From positions 1,583 to 65,582 of IMG/VR virus record IMGVR_UViG_3300006168_000009: a stretch of 64,000 nt of DNA, one strand, 5' to 3'. A model generated the notes under the pieces. That model was not told where the DNA came from. It made no database searches and saw only the letters and a program-made list of their open reading frames with translations. The position numbers and the translations under genes are program-made. Each line of letters begins with the position of its first letter. Position 1 is the stretch's first letter. Below are positions 17,823 to 26,868 of the stretch, piece after piece. This stretch comes from a virus (lineage: Duplodnaviria > Caudoviricetes).

Positions 17823-17945
17823 CCGGGGCGAGCCCATTGGAATTGTTGGCGTTGTTATTGTTCGCGTTGCCGTTGGTGTTGACATTGCAGAAATTGTTGT
17901 TGTTGTTGTAATTAGGAGAACGCTCCCACCAGTACGCAGTCGAAC
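17823..17945 (-). repeat. DGR template repeat (TR)
   Basis: 123-bp copy of the VR containing 17 AAY codons. Confidence 0.95.
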
Positions 17946-18009
17946 ACACGGAGGAACAAAAACCCCCAACCGACAGGTTTTACAGAAATACACCCATAGA
18001 AATCAAAAC

Positions 18010-18465
18010 TTACCTCCCTTTGTCACTTTTCAGAACATTGGTGAGCAGACCATTCTCGGCATCGATAAGTTCGCCAAGTTCCTGCGCCATACGCTCCAGT
18101 TTTTTCTTTGCGTCAGATGACGAAACCGCACTCCCATTCCCGCTTGTAAAGCATCCTGACGGGTTTGTCATCATCAGCTCGTAACAATGGGCGAGGTGCA
18201 CATCGAGCGCCATAAGGGCGGCTCTGGATTTAAGTAAGTATTGCTTGCGAAGTTCCTTTCTGGTTTCATCCGAGGGAAAAATACTGTTCGCTTTTTCAGC
18301 GTTGTCTAAGACCTCTGCGGCGAGCCCTGACACAGAATCTGCGACAAGCCTGGAATATCTGGATGAAAGCCGAGACAGGAAGTTGATGGTCTGAACATAA
18401 ATCTTGTTTGCCGTGTTGATGAACTCGGCTTTGCTTTCAGACCGGTGGGCCTTCAAAACTGACAT
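18010..18465 (-). CDS. avd: DGR accessory variability determinant (Avd-like four-helix protein)
   Basis: MSVLK..RSESK.EF N-terminus, helical, between target and TR; start after SD GAAAGGAG. Confidence 0.8.
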   Translation of the reverse strand: MSVLKAHRSESKAEFINTANKIYVQTINFLSRLSSRYSRLVADSVSGLAAEVLDNAEKANSIFPSDETRKELRKQYLLKSRAALMALDVHLAHCYELMMTNPSGCFTSGNGSAVSSSDAKKKLERMAQELGELIDAENGLLTNVLKSDKGR

Positions 18466-18647
18466 GAACTCTCCTTTCGTTCTGTTTTGGATATTTGCCA
18501 TGGCAACCCTAATCACAAAGGGGGGTCATGAATATAGCCTCGTCTGCAAGAAAGCGCAGCGAGGCTGATAAGCACACATGGGGAGGGGGATGGGGCCCAC
18601 TCCGAATCGCAAAGGGGGGTCACCCATCCCCGTTGTTGATTGAACTC

Positions 18648-18663
18648 GCCCACTGTCGTGGGC
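18648..18663 (-). other. DGR target-recognition hairpin
   Basis: GCCCAC-GACA-GTGGGC about 20 bp downstream of the target stop; GRNA-type loop. Confidence 0.75.
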
Positions 18664-18683
18664 TTGATGACTCCGATGCAGGA

Positions 18684-20774
18684 TTAGACCATGAAAGCCG
18701 GGGCGAGCCCATAGGAATCGTGGGCGCCGTTAAGGCTCGCGCTGCCGCTGGTGTAGACAATGCAGAAATAGTAGCGGTTGCCGTAATTAGGAGAACGCTC
18801 CCACCAGTACGCAGTCGAACCCGTCGCACTGTGACGATACTTCACCTTGCTGTTGCTCGCCTTGTAGTAGTCGTACTGAACCTGGGAGTTCTGCTCATAC
18901 TGGTTCGCATAGCTCCGACTTCCAAAAATCTCAAACTCGGCCAGAAGCGGGAGATAGTCAACCGAGGTCTTGACGTTCGCCGCCACATTGGAACTGTTAC
19001 CAACCGCATCCGTGTACTTCGTGATGGGCTTCATCACCGCACGCAGGTCTGCGGGCAGAGCAGCCATCAGCGTATTCGCCACGGGACTGGTAGCCGTGTT
19101 GGTCGGCGCATCATATCCAGTGTCAGAGGTTGTCCTCGCCTTGCCGTAGTTGACAGGCGCCTTGTTCGTTGAACCAAGGATGTCGTATCGAGCATCGCAA
19201 GCCTTCCAACCGCCGTAGTTGTAGTTACCCCAGTGGTTCATGTTGAAGACCTTGCTGCCATCCGTCTTACCGCTATTGTAGCTGCCATCAATCAGGCATA
19301 CATCAGTACCGCCAGTCAGAGCGGTCTTGAACGTGCCGAACTGGATGCCCTTGCCCTCCTTGGCACTGTTGTGGTCAAAACCAAGAATGTAGACGTACAG
19401 GGTAGTGTTCACAGAAAGTGTGCCGACTGTACCCTTCACAAGAACTGCCTTGCGGTCACCGACCTTCCAATACTGAGAACCCTGCCCAGCGTCGGAGACC
19501 TGTTTGATTTCATCCCAGGTCTGGTCGTTCAGCGCCTTCTTGTCAGGCATGAACTTTGCGGTTACAGCCACCGTCTTGCTCGCAGGAGCAGTGTGGTTAG
19601 TGCCAGCCGCCACATTGATGGTGATGGTGGCAGTACCCGTGGTCTGGTTGACATGGCTGATGGTCACAGTGGTGCCGGACACGCTGACTGTGGCGACCTT
19701 GGTGTCGCTTGAGCTGGCAGTGATAGTGCCATTGCCAGCACGGGTAACGGCTACAGTCGCTGTCAGGTTAGAAGCATCCAGCGTCACAGCGGTCTTGTTC
19801 AACGACAGACTGCCAGCAGCCTTGCCGATGCTCCATGCCACGGTCTTAGCCGCCGTAGAGCCGTCAGACCACATATAGTCGGCCTTCGGAGTAAAGGTGG
19901 CATTGTAGCTGGTGGCGTTCGTACCGGTAGTCGTGCCGCCCAGAGTGAGCTGTGAGCTATTGTAGTTGCTCCAAGTGGGAGACTGGGAGTTGCCGTTGTA
20001 TGTAAGGCTCCCACTCTGGCTCGGAGTGTTTGAAATCGTAATTCTATTCGCAACGCCGCTCTTGCGGTTGGCGGTGTTGGTGTTTGCCTTACCGTCCGTA
20101 GACATGGGGAACAGGGAGACGTAATAGGTCGTGCCGTTGGTCAGCCCGGTTGCGATAAGTGCGTTGGTCGCATGACCATTGCGGGTAGTGCTGGTGTAGG
20201 TGAACGCGGCATCTGGGTCTGTTGGAGAGGTAGCGTAGCTGCCAGCCTTCACAACCACGATGGTGGATGCCCAGGTCGCCGTAGTGATACCGTCACTTAC
20301 AACGGTTGCGGCAGGGTCAGTCCACTTGATAGACAGCTTACCGTTACCAGCCGCCGCCAGGGCAATACCAGAAACATTACCCATTGCCACAGCATTGGGA
20401 GTAGCGGAGAACCCGTCGTCCTCAACATCCGTGTAGGAATTGGCTGTGGTGTAGGGGAACAGTTTGTAGTAGTAAGTAACGCCGTCAGTCAGGCCGCTGT
20501 CGCAGAAATAGGTGTTTTTATAGGCATCACGGGTCTTGCTGTCAAGCACAATAACGCCGTCACGACGGCTGGTTGGCATAGAGCCAGCCTTACGCACCAG
20601 AAGGGTGCCGCCCCAGGATGCCAGGGTAGAACCGGCAACAACCAGGTCTTCCGGGTCAGTCCACTTGATATAGACCTTCTCGTGGGCCGTCAGAGTTTTG
20701 ATGTCGGTCGCAGCGGCAAGGGCAAGGCCAGAACTACCACCTGCGCCGCCAGGAAAGTTAGAGATAATAGGCAT
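18684..20774 (-). CDS. DGR target: receptor-binding/tail fibre protein (two FN3-like repeats, Ig-like domains, C-terminal DUF6273/C-type-lectin-like domain)
   Basis: Duplicated KWTDP...W..T..V.KAG domain; VSVSGTTVTI Ig-like segment; WWERSP...GLAPAF VR at the C-terminus. Confidence 0.88.
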   Translation of the reverse strand: MPIISNFPGGAGGSSGLALAAATDIKTLTAHEKVYIKWTDPEDLVVAGSTLASWGGTLLVRKAGSMPTSRRDGVIVLDSKTRDAYKNTYFCDSGLTDGVTYYYKLFPYTTANSYTDVEDDGFSATPNAVAMGNVSGIALAAAGNGKLSIKWTDPAATVVSDGITTATWASTIVVVKAGSYATSPTDPDAAFTYTSTTRNGHATNALIATGLTNGTTYYVSLFPMSTDGKANTNTANRKSGVANRITISNTPSQSGSLTYNGNSQSPTWSNYNSSQLTLGGTTTGTNATSYNATFTPKADYMWSDGSTAAKTVAWSIGKAAGSLSLNKTAVTLDASNLTATVAVTRAGNGTITASSSDTKVATVSVSGTTVTISHVNQTTGTATITINVAAGTNHTAPASKTVAVTAKFMPDKKALNDQTWDEIKQVSDAGQGSQYWKVGDRKAVLVKGTVGTLSVNTTLYVYILGFDHNSAKEGKGIQFGTFKTALTGGTDVCLIDGSYNSGKTDGSKVFNMNHWGNYNYGGWKACDARYDILGSTNKAPVNYGKARTTSDTGYDAPTNTATSPVANTLMAALPADLRAVMKPITKYTDAVGNSSNVAANVKTSVDYLPLLAEFEIFGSRSYANQYEQNSQVQYDYYKASNSKVKYRHSATGSTAYWWERSPNYGNRYYFCIVYTSGSASLNGAHDSYGLAPAFMV
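18698..18820 (-). repeat. DGR variable repeat (VR)
   Basis: Differs from TR at 18 positions, all TR adenines. Confidence 0.95.
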
Positions 20775-20788
20775 AATGTGCCCTCCTT

Positions 20789-21202
20789 TTAACCTAATAG
20801 AATGATGTATACAGGAATGTCACGTTCAGGCAGTTCGCCGTCTGCCGCAATCAGCAGCTTACCCGCCTCCTGCCCGATAACGGACAGCATGGCCTCCCGT
20901 GCAATCTCTCTTTGTTCCGAAGTCGCATTGTGCGCAACGGAGATTGTGCCGTTCTGTGTGGCCGTCAGACCCTCCACAACGAGCGTTTGAGTGAAGGGTG
21001 GGTTAATACCCGCCCAGGCCGTAGAGAGCAGCACAGCGGCCACTGAGACGCTGCTGTTGGCCTTCTCGCCAAGCGCAGTATCAATCTTGACCATATTGGA
21101 ATCGTCCGGCCCATTCATGGCATTGCGCCAATCTTGAAACCGTTCGCTGCTGTCATCTGTCAGATGGAGCTTGTAGTTCGTCGTTTCACTCATTTCATTC
21201 AC
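20789..21202 (-). CDS. Tail-fibre-associated protein
   Basis: C-terminal domain paralogous to 21209-21628 (ends DIPVYIILLG). Confidence 0.6.
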   Translation of the reverse strand: MNEMSETTNYKLHLTDDSSERFQDWRNAMNGPDDSNMVKIDTALGEKANSSVSVAAVLLSTAWAGINPPFTQTLVVEGLTATQNGTISVAHNATSEQREIAREAMLSVIGQEAGKLLIAADGELPERDIPVYIILLG

Positions 21203-21208
21203 CCCCGG

Positions 21209-21628
21209 TTAAGCCAGCAGAATAGTGACAACGGGGATATCGAATTGTGGAACATCGCCAAAGCAGGCTACGGTCAACGCACCGTCCACCTGATTGCAAA
21301 CGTACAGCTCCGCCCCTTTTGCCGCCTCCATCTGGGAGTCGGTGACTTCTTGAGCGATGCCGATAACACCGTTCTGATTCTCTTGCAGGCCAGCCACAGG
21401 CAGGGTCTGCCGCCCGCTGACCCAGCCATTCTTTGTCAGCGTGCCAGTGACGGCTCTGCTCGCTCCGCCGCTGGTAGGATTGATACAGGTGCGCTTTTGC
21501 TTCCCACCATCCTCCGAATCGATATACAGCTTTCCATCATCGGTGGTGTAGTAGCACCAACCGTCATGGAACGGTGTGATGTCCAGAGAGATGCGGGAGC
21601 TATCGCCTTTCAACATTTTGAATAGCAT
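21209..21628 (-). CDS. Tail-fibre-associated protein
   Basis: YYTTDDGKLYID anchor-like N-terminus; ends DIPVVTILLA. Confidence 0.6.
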   Translation of the reverse strand: MLFKMLKGDSSRISLDITPFHDGWCYYTTDDGKLYIDSEDGGKQKRTCINPTSGGASRAVTGTLTKNGWVSGRQTLPVAGLQENQNGVIGIAQEVTDSQMEAAKGAELYVCNQVDGALTVACFGDVPQFDIPVVTILLA

Positions 21629-21660
21629 TGGTTGTAACCCTCCTCATCTTGAGTCCGAGT

Positions 21661-21696
21661 ACAAAAAGAGGGGTGAGCTAAATGCCCACCCGCTCT
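21661..21696 (-). terminator. Terminator-like hairpin after fibre gene
   Basis: Imperfect GC stem followed by T run on the - strand. Confidence 0.45.
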
Positions 21697-21720
21697 ATTC
21701 GTTGTTTGGTTGTATCTGAC

Positions 21721-22917
21721 TTAGAAAGTGCCCCAAGTCAGAGCGGTGTCGGTGTAGTCCTTAGCGTTCTTCTCGGCGGCATCCCACTTCGCCTTGTCGC
21801 CAGCCGCAATCTTGTCCAGCTCATCCTTGTTGGCGTGTTCGTGAGCCTTGGCCTCCACGTCGCCCATGCGGGTGTCCATGGCGGTATCCTTCTCATCGGT
21901 GTAAGCCTTGGCATCAGCCAGGGCCTTGGCGACAGAACCCTCTGTCTCAGCATCACCGGTCAAAGTATCCAGCTTACCCTCGGCAGCGGTCACACGAGCG
22001 GCCAGAGCGGTCAGGTCTGCGGCCTTGGCATAATCACCGATTTTCAGAGCGGCAATGGCATCGGTCACATAAGCGACCACGGTGGGCTGCTCGCCTTCGC
22101 CGCCGATACCAGCCAGGATTGCCTCGATAGCCTGGATAGCAGCCGCCATCTCACCGGCCTCAGAACCGTGAGTTGCGACCCAATCCACCAGCTCCTTGAA
22201 ACTGTTGACGGTATCGTCATCACTCACCTTTGTGGCAAAATCGTTGACAGCTTTAGCAGCTTCATCGGTAGCAATAGCACGGACAGACTTGCCAGTGTCA
22301 TCACCAACCAGAGTGGTTACCTTACCATCAACAGTATCCAGGTCAGCCTGTTCGGCCTTGTCGCCAACAGTGTCCCATGCAGCGACCTTCTCTGCGGTGA
22401 TGCCGTCCAGGACATCCTTGTTGTCGTGGGAATGGTTACCCTCGGCAGCAGCATTCACCTTGGTCTTCAGTGCATCGTCCAGGTCAGTCTCGGTAACCTT
22501 ATCCTTGCCACCCAGAGCGCCAATACTATCTGCCTCGGCGAAAGTCTTACCCATCGTCAGGGTCAGCTTGCGGGTAGCAGGGTCATAGTTGGCTGCGGTG
22601 ACAGCGTTGCCATCACCCACAACCTCAACACTGGTAGCACCGGTGTCCAGATTGATTTGGATGTAGGCTTTCTTTGCGGCATCATACTTTGCAAGGCAGT
22701 TCACATCTGCCACATAGTACAGAGCAGTAGTGCTGGGGTTAGTGTTGGCCTGAAGTTCGGTCAACGTGGCAAACTCCTGGAAATCACCCAGGCGCACACG
22801 GGCACCGTCAATGTCCAGGTACATGGCCCGCTCGTCAGTGGTCACATACAGAGTGCCATCGGCAATAGCGGCAGGCAGGTTTGCCAGCAAGCCCCGCTTG
22901 AAAATAACTTGTGCCAT
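21721..22917 (-). CDS. Fibre-like structural protein (Mtd/hyaluronidase-like N-terminus, coiled coils)
   Basis: MAQVIFKRG...GTLYVTTD; repeated H.H.NKD.LD.I motif; strong codon bias. Confidence 0.6.
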   Translation of the reverse strand: MAQVIFKRGLLANLPAAIADGTLYVTTDERAMYLDIDGARVRLGDFQEFATLTELQANTNPSTTALYYVADVNCLAKYDAAKKAYIQINLDTGATSVEVVGDGNAVTAANYDPATRKLTLTMGKTFAEADSIGALGGKDKVTETDLDDALKTKVNAAAEGNHSHDNKDVLDGITAEKVAAWDTVGDKAEQADLDTVDGKVTTLVGDDTGKSVRAIATDEAAKAVNDFATKVSDDDTVNSFKELVDWVATHGSEAGEMAAAIQAIEAILAGIGGEGEQPTVVAYVTDAIAALKIGDYAKAADLTALAARVTAAEGKLDTLTGDAETEGSVAKALADAKAYTDEKDTAMDTRMGDVEAKAHEHANKDELDKIAAGDKAKWDAAEKNAKDYTDTALTWGTF

Positions 22918-22942
22918 ACTGTTTTCCTCCTTAATTATTTGT

Positions 22943-22977
22943 GCCCGTAGCGGGAGTATCCGCTACGGGCTTTTTTT
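22943..22977. terminator. Strong intergenic stem-loop
   Basis: GCCCGTAGCGG/CCGCTACGGGC 11-bp stem; T run on the + side. Confidence 0.6.
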
Positions 22978-22990
22978 GTTTTACCTGAAA

Positions 22991-23848
22991 TCAGGCAGTG
23001 GCCTCATCACCCAGGTTGCCCCAGACGATGCTCGCCATCACAGTGTCGAGCGCAGCCTTGTCCTCGGCGCTCATAGCACCGGCGGCCTCGGCAGTGGCCA
23101 GACCCAGAGCCAGGCCATCCTCACCAACAGTCAGACCGTTGGCATTAGTCTCGTCCAGCTTGACAGAGACGGTGTTATTCTCCACCTTAATACCGTTACC
23201 GGCCTTAACGGTGTCCACCAGACCCTTCAGCGGAATGTAGATGTGGCTCTCCTCGGCGTTCGCTACAACAAGGTCAACGTAGGGGTCGCCGACCTCGGCA
23301 CCGGCATAGGGGGTGTCAGCGGTCTCAACAATCTCATAGGTGCCGCCGCTCAGAACGGCATCCTTGGGAATGTTGATGGCATCGCCCACATAGGTGACAT
23401 TTTCGCCTTCGGTACGCTTCAGCTTATAGGTCTCGGCGAAACCATCCTCAGCAGTCTCCTGCTTCTCGATGGCGAACTCGACAGCGCCAGACACAGCGGC
23501 AGGGGAGACAAACAGGCCGTCCTCCTTGAGCTCCAGGGCGTTACCATTCTCCTTAGAGACCTGCACGCCAATGGTCGTGTTGCCATCCTCGCCAGCGCCA
23601 AGAATCACACTGGCATCAACCGCAGTCAGACCAATGGCACCGCCAGAAGTCAAAGCATCCAGCTTTGCCTTGTCAGCGGCAGACATCAGGCCAGATGCCA
23701 GAGCAGTGGCTTCGGCACCCTTGCCGTAAAGCACGTCGCCCTTGAACAGTTCCTGAGTGTCACTCAGCCAGTACAGAGTATTGCTGTCCTTGGTGGCAAT
23801 AGCGTCATACTGGGCGCGAGTACCCTGCTTAAAAATCACATTTGCCAT
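22991..23848 (-). CDS. Fibre-like structural protein
   Basis: MANVIFKQGTRAQYDAI...TLYW; repeated GLMSAADK/GAMSAEDK motif typical of fibres. Confidence 0.6.
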   Translation of the reverse strand: MANVIFKQGTRAQYDAIATKDSNTLYWLSDTQELFKGDVLYGKGAEATALASGLMSAADKAKLDALTSGGAIGLTAVDASVILGAGEDGNTTIGVQVSKENGNALELKEDGLFVSPAAVSGAVEFAIEKQETAEDGFAETYKLKRTEGENVTYVGDAINIPKDAVLSGGTYEIVETADTPYAGAEVGDPYVDLVVANAEESHIYIPLKGLVDTVKAGNGIKVENNTVSVKLDETNANGLTVGEDGLALGLATAEAAGAMSAEDKAALDTVMASIVWGNLGDEATA

Positions 23849-23911
23849 AACAATAACCTCCTCATTTTTTGATAGCTATATAGAAACGCTCTCTAAGCGT
23901 CTATACCATGG

Positions 23912-24847
23912 TCACATATCCTCCCACACATATGAGGTTTCACCGCCGGGCTCATCCATACCAGACCCGCCAATATCACTCCATTCATCATTGGGGTTCA
24001 GGTCAACAGGGTCGGGGACTTCTGCCGGTTCACTCTCAATAGTGAAGGTAAGAACCTTATGCTCATCAACGTGTGGCACATAGACAGAACCATCACGGCC
24101 AACAACTGTGCCAAGGTTCTGTGTGGTCTCATCGTCGAATGTAACAATGAGCTCACCCAACCCGTTGATTTCCATATTGATGATGCCACGGGCTGTATCG
24201 GCACGAACGAAAATCGGGTCGCCAAGAGGAATTTGCTCAGTTCCAGTTTCGTTACCCTCCTCATCTCTGAGGATGATAGTAGACACCAACTGGATAGTGC
24301 TGTTCTCCTCGTTGAACACGATGTTGTCAGCCTTGGCCGCAACGGCCTCATCGGTCTTGTCAATACGTTCGGTCAACGTCTGCTCCGCTTTCTCAACCTT
24401 ATCCTCCATGTACCGCTGCATCTCATAAATCAGGCGCAGATTGCGGTCAGAGATGTACTCATCCATGTTCTTGGAGTCAATGACCTGGAGCATACACTCG
24501 CTACTCTTGGCGATAATGGGATGTCTGGGCGGGCCAGAGAAGATTTGCATGAAGGTGCAGATTTCACCAGCGTAACGAGACATATCACTGGTGATAGGAA
24601 GGTGGTACTGGTAGTACCGTTCGTTGTACTTCTCTTCCTCACGAACCAGTAAGGCAATATCTGCTGTGCCGTCCGCACGGATATAGCTCAAATACACGGT
24701 AGCTCGCAACATATCGATGTCGCCTACCATGAGCGGAATGAGGTAGGTGATTTTCTGGTTCAGATGGTCACCCCGATAGATTGGTTCATTCTTTGTGATG
24801 ACAAGGTTCATGTCCTCATCAAGTTTGATGTAAATCACCTGTTTCAC
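23912..24847 (-). CDS. Baseplate upper (BppU-like) protein
   Basis: N-terminal BppU-like beta sandwich, coiled coil, EING.GELIVTFDD repeat. Confidence 0.55.
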   Translation of the reverse strand: MKQVIYIKLDEDMNLVITKNEPIYRGDHLNQKITYLIPLMVGDIDMLRATVYLSYIRADGTADIALLVREEEKYNERYYQYHLPITSDMSRYAGEICTFMQIFSGPPRHPIIAKSSECMLQVIDSKNMDEYISDRNLRLIYEMQRYMEDKVEKAEQTLTERIDKTDEAVAAKADNIVFNEENSTIQLVSTIILRDEEGNETGTEQIPLGDPIFVRADTARGIINMEINGLGELIVTFDDETTQNLGTVVGRDGSVYVPHVDEHKVLTFTIESEPAEVPDPVDLNPNDEWSDIGGSGMDEPGGETSYVWEDM

Positions 24848-24856
24848 CTCCGTTTC

Positions 24857-25783
24857 TTATAAAATGACGTAGTCAACGTCTTTGAACGACATATCGTCAT
24901 AGGTGGAAAGCGTGTCGGAATCCATTTCATACAGGAGCCTGTGACGCTTGATGATGGCATCGACCTCAGACGCAATCTCCAGAGCGTTGACCTCCGGGTT
25001 CATAAATTGAGTTAAGGACTCTGTAACAGACGACAGTATTTCAACAACGCTCTCCATTGCTGCATACTTTCTCATCTGCTCACCAAGCACTTGGCTGTCC
25101 AGCACAATCGGGAATTGGCACCGGCCAAGCGAGAAGTGTATCTCTGTCTCAACGGCTTGCGCTGCGATTTGGATTGCCATTGTTGTCGTATCGCACAGCC
25201 GATACAGAAGGTCAACCAACTCAGAGTTCATAACGATTGATGAACCCACCTTTTCGGATGCCTTCTTTTTCGTTTTGAGCTCGCTGGCCTCTACCACAAG
25301 CTGTGATGATACTTTCTCAAAACTCCGCTTGAATGTCGCCTCAACGTTGGACACGATTTCCATCCCGGACTGCCCACGGCCAAACGGCTTTTTGACATAT
25401 GCACTGACTGGCGAAGATGCAAGTTGTAATGCGCTCTTCGCCGATGCGTAGACATTAGCCATCGTTTTCAGACGCTCCGCCGACAGCTCAATCGCATTGA
25501 CCTCTGGGTAGGATGAATAGTGTACCTGGAACTCTGCACTTGAACCGAGAACAACACCATTGTTCAGCCGCTCCCTGCAAGTCTTAATCATCTTGTCGAT
25601 GTGAGATACAAGCACGGAGCCGGACTGAACAGCGATGAACTTTTGCAAGAGATAGCTCTCAAGGCAGGTCTCCAGAATCAGGCGGTTCATAACGGTCATG
25701 CCGTCACGGTACGGAATGGAATAGACGATGATGTCGCATTGGTGAAGACGTTCGTTTAGGTAAATGTCAAACTCTTTTGCCAT
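24857..25783 (-). CDS. Tail/baseplate structural protein
   Basis: Position in baseplate module. Confidence 0.55.
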   Translation of the reverse strand: MAKEFDIYLNERLHQCDIIVYSIPYRDGMTVMNRLILETCLESYLLQKFIAVQSGSVLVSHIDKMIKTCRERLNNGVVLGSSAEFQVHYSSYPEVNAIELSAERLKTMANVYASAKSALQLASSPVSAYVKKPFGRGQSGMEIVSNVEATFKRSFEKVSSQLVVEASELKTKKKASEKVGSSIVMNSELVDLLYRLCDTTTMAIQIAAQAVETEIHFSLGRCQFPIVLDSQVLGEQMRKYAAMESVVEILSSVTESLTQFMNPEVNALEIASEVDAIIKRHRLLYEMDSDTLSTYDDMSFKDVDYVIL

Positions 25784-25803
25784 ATGCGACCTCGCTCTCT
25801 ACG

Positions 25804-26211
25804 TTACGCCGGGTTCTGCGCCAACAGTTTCAGATACCCTGCCTTAATGGTCATAATGGTTGCCGTCTCAACGCTTCTTGGCGTAGACAGTTCACCGAAC
25901 ATCAGCAGATTGCCGTCATCCGTGGTGGGGGAGTCATAAATCACATAGTGTGTGATGGTGCCCCAGTTGGCGGTTGACTCGTCAAAGTTGATATCCTGTT
26001 CGTTTGTAATCAGACCATCGGTAGGCTCACCCAGACTGGACAGGAGCAGCCGGTTATAACCAGCGTCAGAAGAAGGCTCCTTTACGCCAGAACCGTCAAC
26101 GGCTGGAGTAGTAGAGCTCAGTCCAATGTAATACTGGGCAGGAATTGCGGGATTCTCCTTGGTATGGAACAGGTTACCCGCCACACAGTTCAGGAAATAG
26201 GTCGTATTCAT
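25804..26211 (-). CDS. Tail/baseplate protein
   Basis: YIGLSST.P, WGTITH..IYD...GNLL motif common in siphophage baseplate genes. Confidence 0.65.
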   Translation of the reverse strand: MNTTYFLNCVAGNLFHTKENPAIPAQYYIGLSSTTPAVDGSGVKEPSSDAGYNRLLLSSLGEPTDGLITNEQDINFDESTANWGTITHYVIYDSPTTDDGNLLMFGELSTPRSVETATIMTIKAGYLKLLAQNPA

Positions 26212-26271
26212 ACTGTTGCTTCCTCCTTAATCGAAAATGGGCAAAATAAAAGCCAGTTGCGGTGCAACTGG

Positions 26272-26661
26272 TCATTGGATAAAGCCCCTATTGATGTTGT
26301 TTGTGATATACAGGAGCCCCTGTTTAGGAATCTCAACATCTCCATCAATGTCTTGAATCTGAATTTGGTAGATGTATTTCCCACACAGCTCAACGGTCTC
26401 CTTTGGTTCCAACGTGACAATCAACACATTATTGATAGTACCATCATCGTTGAAAATAGCCTCCATCGGTTTTGTCAAAATAGGCTTGCCCATCTTATTT
26501 GTAAAGCTGACGATTGCGAAGTTCGCAGTACAGCCCGTCAAACTGAATGGGCGCCTATTCTTATAGAAGAAGGTGTTGAACATAAAGTCCTGTGTCTCAC
26601 CGCCGACAAAGTCGATGGTAGGCAATGTATATGGACTAAGTGAGCATTGCATATACATCAC
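26272..26661 (-). CDS. BppU N-terminal-domain-like protein
   Basis: V.LEP.ET..L.GKYIYQIQI pattern. Confidence 0.6.
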   Translation of the reverse strand: MMYMQCSLSPYTLPTIDFVGGETQDFMFNTFFYKNRRPFSLTGCTANFAIVSFTNKMGKPILTKPMEAIFNDDGTINNVLIVTLEPKETVELCGKYIYQIQIQDIDGDVEIPKQGLLYITNNINRGFIQ

Positions 26662-26675
26662 CCGCCTTTCTCGGT

Positions 26676-26855
26676 TTACTTATCCTTCGGCGCCTCTGCG
26701 GTGACGACAATATCGGCGCCCTCCAGCATACCGGCAATCTCCTCGATGGCGGCAATGCTGCCGCCCAGATTGCCAAGGTTCTGCTTTCCGTTCACAGAGA
26801 TGCTGTTCAATGCACCCAGGACAAGCGCAAGCCGCTGCATGATTTCATTCTTCAT
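26676..26855 (-). CDS. 59-aa hypothetical protein (not in ORF track)
   Basis: SD AAGGAG, MKNEIMQRLALVLGALNSISV... Confidence 0.6.
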   Translation of the reverse strand: MKNEIMQRLALVLGALNSISVNGKQNLGNLGGSIAAIEEIAGMLEGADIVVTAEAPKDK

Positions 26856-26868
26856 TGTGGTATCTCCT

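Noticed and set aside
17564-17949. ORFs of 60 aa (TR frame) and 68 aa between avd and RT
   Set aside because: The TR is open because it copies the VR frame; the spacer is most likely DGR RNA, with no support for a protein
22921-22942. TTAATTATTTG before a fibre gene as a motif copy
   Set aside because: Short AT-rich enhancer before the SD; lacks the TCAAC half
21682-23872. 422-aa and 368-aa + strand ORFs opposite the fibre genes
   Set aside because: Shadows of strongly biased - strand genes; no recognisable domains
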